Shown here: positions 5,985-10,064 of the stretch, piece by piece
Layout: every line of letters begins with the position of its first letter
How positions within the stretch are numbered: the stretch's first letter is position 1
Source: Thermoproteota archaeon
GTDB taxonomy: Archaea; Thermoproteota; EX4484-205; JAAOZP01
Assembly (NCBI GenBank): GCA_049700215.1
Contig: JBNAVT010000085.1
Coordinates: 1 to 10,064, forward strand
Direction: 5' to 3'
DNA: 10,064 nt
Translations under genes and position numbers: made by a program
The notes under the pieces: generated by a model
The model's input: only the letters and a program-made list of their open reading frames with translations
What the model was told of the DNA's origin: nothing
The model's database searches: none

Positions 5985-8900
5985 CTAGCCAAGGTTTACC
6001 GTGTACTTGTCTAAGCTGGGGTGATCGGGTGAGACGGGATCTCCCTCTTCGATTATGACGAAGACCTTACCCATGAGCTTGTTACCATACTGCTTATTGT
6101 ATTCTATGTATACCTGCCTTATTAGGGTGAGGTACTCCTTTGCTCCTCGCCCTATAGGCTCATTATAGAAGCGATAGTATACTGCGGAGTAATCCTTGTC
6201 TTCAAGAAGCAGTAATGCATCCTTCTCTGCTTGTACCTTTGTACCTTCATCGACCCAGTCTTCCAGCCCAGTCTTCACCTCCCAGATGGTTTCTTTTCCT
6301 CCCAATATTATAGTAAGGTCCACCGCACGCTCACCCTTAGAGGTCCTAATCCGTACTTCATGCCCCGTTACTTGACCTCCCCTCTTAGTAGCATAGACTT
6401 CCGTATCGATCTTCGCCACGCTATGAAGATCTTGCGGAGCCGGCTTCGAAAGACCTATAAGCTTCCTCCTTCCATCTTTTGGATAAACGACTAGTATATC
6501 TTCTGCCTGCATTCCCTTTACAACCTCTCCATGGATGAAGTAATAAGTTCGATAGTATTCAATCTTTTCGATGCTCCATCTCTCCTTAACCCTTTCTTCT
6601 TTTACGTACCTAACTATTAGCTTAACGATAAAACCTTCTTGGTCATCTGTAGAAATTTCAAATGCCAGTCTATGATTCTCGTTATGGAAGTTCATCTCGA
6701 GCGTGGTCATCATCCGTGTCGGAGTCGTAAACCGATAGTCACTCTCCTCGATCCTTCTGTATATAGTTCCCTCGGATGTTTTGATCCAGAGATGCACTAT
6801 CTTTTCTCCATTAACTAACTCCGTCTTGATGGTAAAATCTCCACTTTCCATTTTATACTCAAATTTGTCTGCCCATAGGACACAAAGATCTGATAGGCTG
6901 GATACTCCTTCCGGAACATCAAACTCCATTTTAGAAGAAGCTGTCCACGCGGCCGTCTTTCCACCACTGTCGGTGTCGAAGATTGCCAGGAGTACGACCA
7001 TGTCATTTTCTAAACCCGTCTTAAGCCTTCGGTAGGTCTGAGGATCAAGGATCCTCCTGAAGAATTCATCAACTTTCAGGAGACTCTGATCCTTTTTAAA
7101 GGAAATGATTCCTTCGCTGTTATCAAGTCGCCAATACCATTGCCCTTCGCAGAGATCACTGCTTATGAGGAATATACCTGCAAGCTTTCCATCTAGGCCT
7201 TCAAGTAACAGTAGCTTACTTGTTTTGCCGGAAACAACATCCCTAACCGACTTTAATGAGAATCCCTTTATCGCCCCTACACTTCCAGAGGGACGTACTA
7301 GCTCTAAAGATCCCGTAGTAGTAACGCGAATCTTATACTTTGGTGCTCCTTCCTCTGATAGATCGCTGAAGGAGAACTCTATGTACGGCCCGCGTGTACC
7401 TGCTCTAATCTTTCCGGGTCCAAGTTCTTCAAGACCATTAAGGTAGATGTTCTCATCCTTTACTATAAGGATTCTCTCTATATTGTTCTTAAATCTAATG
7501 TAAAAGTCTATGCCTGTGAACTCTTTTATTATAACAAGGACTTCTTGCCCACCCTTTATACCACTATCCGTAAATGCGAAGACCTCTTGCGACTGCTCAA
7601 CCTCCCTTGCACCCTCCGTTATGAGCTCTCCCGTATTTGGATCTAAAACATACACGTAAATTACCTTCCCCATGATCCTGCCCGAATCCTCCGGCAAGGG
7701 GACATAATCTTTTTGAGGAGTTCTCTTAATGTATATGCATCCGTCATCAAAAGTCTTAGCAAGGTCATTGAGTAAATAAGGGTTTTTAGCTATAACTTTA
7801 AGAAGCGCATCTGCAATACTTCTTCCATACTGCCCTGATTCCAAAGCCATAAAGTAGATGTTAAATAGCTTAAGTCCATTTCCGAAGGTACTACCAACTT
7901 GAGCAAGTGCCTTACCTATGTCCTCAAGTTCTTCGGCACTGAGACCACTAAGCTTTGGTACTATTTCAACAATGACTTGCTCTAACGCAACTGCTTCAGT
8001 ATTGTAAATCCAATGGAGGAGTTCGTTAGCACATTTCTTACTCTTTTTACCGATGCTTTTCATCTCTTGAATAAACTTGTCCCAAGCATCCTCGCTTAAC
8101 CTGCATTTTCCATACGCCCAAAGCAAGCCTAGGAAAGCATCCTCGCTCAACCCGAGTCTGCAAGAGATATCTAGAGCGTCATCGAGGAATCTCCCGGTAA
8201 ATTCAACCAGCGAGCTCAGCGATCCCTCATCATCTTTAATCAAATTCAAGTGCCGCCTGAAATCGTCATTCTCCTCAGAAATTGCTAGGGAGGCGGCGAT
8301 CCCCCTTGCCGTAAGCTTTCCAGCTACGACTCCTACATCCCACAGCGGTGGGGTTATCCAATTGTAAACTCCTTTCAAAAATTCCTTTACCTGCCCTGCA
8401 CACGAAAGCAATTTCGGTCCGTTGCTGAGAAACCTGTAATACATTCCAGCATAAGTGATAAGTGATAGCGCTGCCCCTACTAGTCTCCCTAAAGCCCTAC
8501 CTTTCTCGTATTCTCTCGTATCCTCCTTGCCGAAAACGATTAGCACGTCCCTTATGGTTACGTCCGCAAGCAGATCTAGCGCTGTGCTCTCAACTACGTA
8601 TCCCTGTTTCTCCTCAATCCTGTTTTTAAGCCCTTGAAGGAGAGAATATGTGTTGAAGAACCCGGCGTAAGCAACCCTCTGGGAGAAACCGTCGAGTTCT
8701 TCAGCAACCTCGCTAATCTTAGCGTAGGCCGAATAGGCTTCGAAGATCTTCCTGATGTTAGATGCCACGCCCACGGCCATGAGGCTTGGAATCACCGCAG
8801 ATGCCAAAAGGTCCTTGACGTAGGCTAGGAAGGAGCCGCCGTGCGTCGGTATTGCAAGTATGACCATTATCGTCGCTGTTACGATTATTCCGGGTAGCTT

Positions 8901-10064
8901 CTCCTTGACCCCGTCCCAGAAGCCGCTCCAGAACTCTGAGATCTCACCTGCGGCATGAACCCAGAGCGATGCGACAAACCTATCCCCATGCCTAAGATGA
9001 ATGAGGATTGGAGAATTTACGCTTTTAAGCTGAACAAGATTCAGGGGAACTGAGCCGTAAGCTGGGATGCTAAGGACACTGTTCTCTGGCAGAGACTCGG
9101 TCATCGGTCCACGTAATAATTCGAGCTCATAAGTCATATCCCTTGCGGCATAGTTTTTGACTAAAACTCCCTTGACTAATCCGTCTCCTTGACAGGTGAG
9201 CGGACGGTAAATGAGCTTCATCGTTTTCTCATGCAGAATCCTAATTGTAGCTTTATCCAGGTCCCATTTCTTAACCCTCGTGTCCTCATACTTGTAATCA
9301 TGGTCCTCCCAGTTGTCGTACTTGAGCTTCTCATAGAATTCATCGTTAACAGTTACGATCTCAGATTGGTTAAGCACCTCTTCCTTGAGAAGCTTAACCT
9401 CATAGCCAGGTGGAATCTTGCTGGTCTCTAACTTCTCATCTTCGTTTATGTGAAAGAGTCTCTTTACTTCATCCTCTCTTAATATTCTCTCGCAGAGGAA
9501 GCCTGGTTTAACATCGACCAGCATGTACCTTACCTCCGGAACCTTGGAAGAAATCTCTGGAATATCGTTCGCATTCTCCAAGGTTAGCGTGAAGCCGTTT
9601 GGAGAGATTGGTATTAAGCTAAGCCCAGTAGGGAAGCCAGGAGCATATGGAGGTATCAGGTCATTTCTCATTAGGTAAAGCTTGAGGTGAGTTGCACCGC
9701 GATAGCCTGGGACGAAGATCCTCTTAGTCTCCTCATATTCCGGAACTTCTATAAGGTAGGTTCTCCACTCCTCCGGAGTTACGAAGTTTGTGGTCGAGAT
9801 CGTCGTGAGTGAAGTACTAGTATGCCTCTTGCCATCAAGGTCATGATAGACCGCTGTGATGTTAACTTTAGCTATTGGTGAGAGGAGTTTAGTTATTATA
9901 TTTCCCTCCCAAGTGTGCCAGACCCTTCCAACATCAAGCTCCTTCTCCTCGATATCCCCGGTTACGAGGAGCTTGACATCCCTAGCCTCCTGCCCACCAC
10001 TATTAACCAAGGTTATCGTAAGGTTCGCGAACTTAGCTAAGGCCTCGGCCTTAAGCTCAACCTT
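5985..10064 (-). CDS. 5'-truncated very large (>1350 aa) protein with Ig-like region, central hydrophobic segments and C-terminal REase-fold nuclease; putative polymorphic toxin B
   Basis: The frame is open to the window end (KVELKAEALAKFANLTITLVNSGG...). Visible N-terminal part resembles a CARDB/Ig-like beta-sandwich (LTITLVNSGGQEARDVKL...VNITAVYHDLDGKRH). Hydrophobic block FWSGFWDGVKEKLPGIIVTATIMVILAIPTHGGS...VGVA at ~8935-8760, and YEKGRALGRLVGAALSLITYAGM at ~8510-8440. C-terminal E (6401)...RTSKGERAVD (D at 6320)...WEVKTG (E at 6281)...QAEKDALL...VYYRF motif set. Confidence 0.82.
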   Translation of the reverse strand, partial: KVELKAEALAKFANLTITLVNSGGQEARDVKLLVTGDIEEKELDVGRVWHTWEGNIITKLLSPIAKVNITAVYHDLDGKRHTSTSLTTISTTNFVTPEEWRTYLIEVPEYEETKRIFVPGYRGATHLKLYLMRNDLIPPYAPGFPTGLSLIPISPNGFTLTLENANDIPEISSKVPEVRYMLVDVKPGFLCERILREDEVKRLFHINEDEKLETSKIPPGYEVKLLKEEVLNQSEIVTVNDEFYEKLKYDNWEDHDYKYEDTRVKKWDLDKATIRILHEKTMKLIYRPLTCQGDGLVKGVLVKNYAARDMTYELELLRGPMTESLPENSVLSIPAYGSVPLNLVQLKSVNSPILIHLRHGDRFVASLWVHAAGEISEFWSGFWDGVKEKLPGIIVTATIMVILAIPTHGGSFLAYVKDLLASAVIPSLMAVGVASNIRKIFEAYSAYAKISEVAEELDGFSQRVAYAGFFNTYSLLQGLKNRIEEKQGYVVESTALDLLADVTIRDVLIVFGKEDTREYEKGRALGRLVGAALSLITYAGMYYRFLSNGPKLLSCAGQVKEFLKGVYNWITPPLWDVGVVAGKLTARGIAASLAISEENDDFRRHLNLIKDDEGSLSSLVEFTGRFLDDALDISCRLGLSEDAFLGLLWAYGKCRLSEDAWDKFIQEMKSIGKKSKKCANELLHWIYNTEAVALEQVIVEIVPKLSGLSAEELEDIGKALAQVGSTFGNGLKLFNIYFMALESGQYGRSIADALLKVIAKNPYLLNDLAKTFDDGCIYIKRTPQKDYVPLPEDSGRIMGKVIYVYVLDPNTGELITEGAREVEQSQEVFAFTDSGIKGGQEVLVIIKEFTGIDFYIRFKNNIERILIVKDENIYLNGLEELGPGKIRAGTRGPYIEFSFSDLSEEGAPKYKIRVTTTGSLELVRPSGSVGAIKGFSLKSVRDVVSGKTSKLLLLEGLDGKLAGIFLISSDLCEGQWYWRLDNSEGIISFKKDQSLLKVDEFFRRILDPQTYRRLKTGLENDMVVLLAIFDTDSGGKTAAWTASSKMEFDVPEGVSSLSDLCVLWADKFEYKMESGDFTIKTELVNGEKIVHLWIKTSEGTIYRRIEESDYRFTTPTRMMTTLEMNFHNENHRLAFEISTDDQEGFIVKLIVRYVKEERVKERWSIEKIEYYRTYYFIHGEVVKGMQAEDILVVYPKDGRRKLIGLSKPAPQDLHSVAKIDTEVYATKRGGQVTGHEVRIRTSKGERAVDLTIILGGKETIWEVKTGLEDWVDEGTKVQAEKDALLLLEDKDYSAVYYRFYNEPIGRGAKEYLTLIRQVYIEYNKQYGNKLMGKVFVIIEEGDPVSPDHPSLDKYTVNLG
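8084..8152. repeat. 18-bp direct repeat pair (17/18 identical) within toxin B, 51 bp apart
   Basis: AAGCATCCTCGCTTAACC (8084-8101) and AAGCATCCTCGCTCAACC (8135-8152); each encodes LSEDA on the minus strand. Confidence 0.7.

Noticed and set aside
227-9431. Short ORFs overlapping the main genes (227..427, 370..648, 1787..2143, 2199..2393, 4102..4689 set, 4823..5032, and the 6231..9431 set)
   Set aside because: They are antisense or alternate-frame shadows of longer ORFs, with Ser/Leu/Pro-rich unnatural composition and no motifs.
1-10064. CRISPR array, rRNA, transposase or intein/Hint domain
   Set aside because: No regularly spaced repeats, rRNA-like sequence, transposase motifs or Hint (C...HN) motifs were seen.

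Overview
Archaeal window, most likely from a TACK-type lineage (inferred from pelota and a tRNA with non-canonical BHB introns). Two very large genes, both cut off at their 5' ends by the window edges, point inward: a + strand gene ending at 1750 and a - strand gene ending at 5985. Each ends in a different PD-(D/E)xK restriction-endonuclease-like domain, and each is immediately followed by an unrecognised ~220-250 aa gene. This is the layout expected of polymorphic toxin/immunity pairs. The two giants appear to share an unnamed beta-rich module just before the nuclease, and both show a sharp GC drop where the C-terminal part begins. Between them lie a tRNA-Asn(GTT) with two non-canonical introns (22/23 and 59/60), a decayed paralogous fragment of the first putative immunity gene, pelota, and one doubtful ORF. 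All protein family assignments are by-eye motif recognition; no searches were run.
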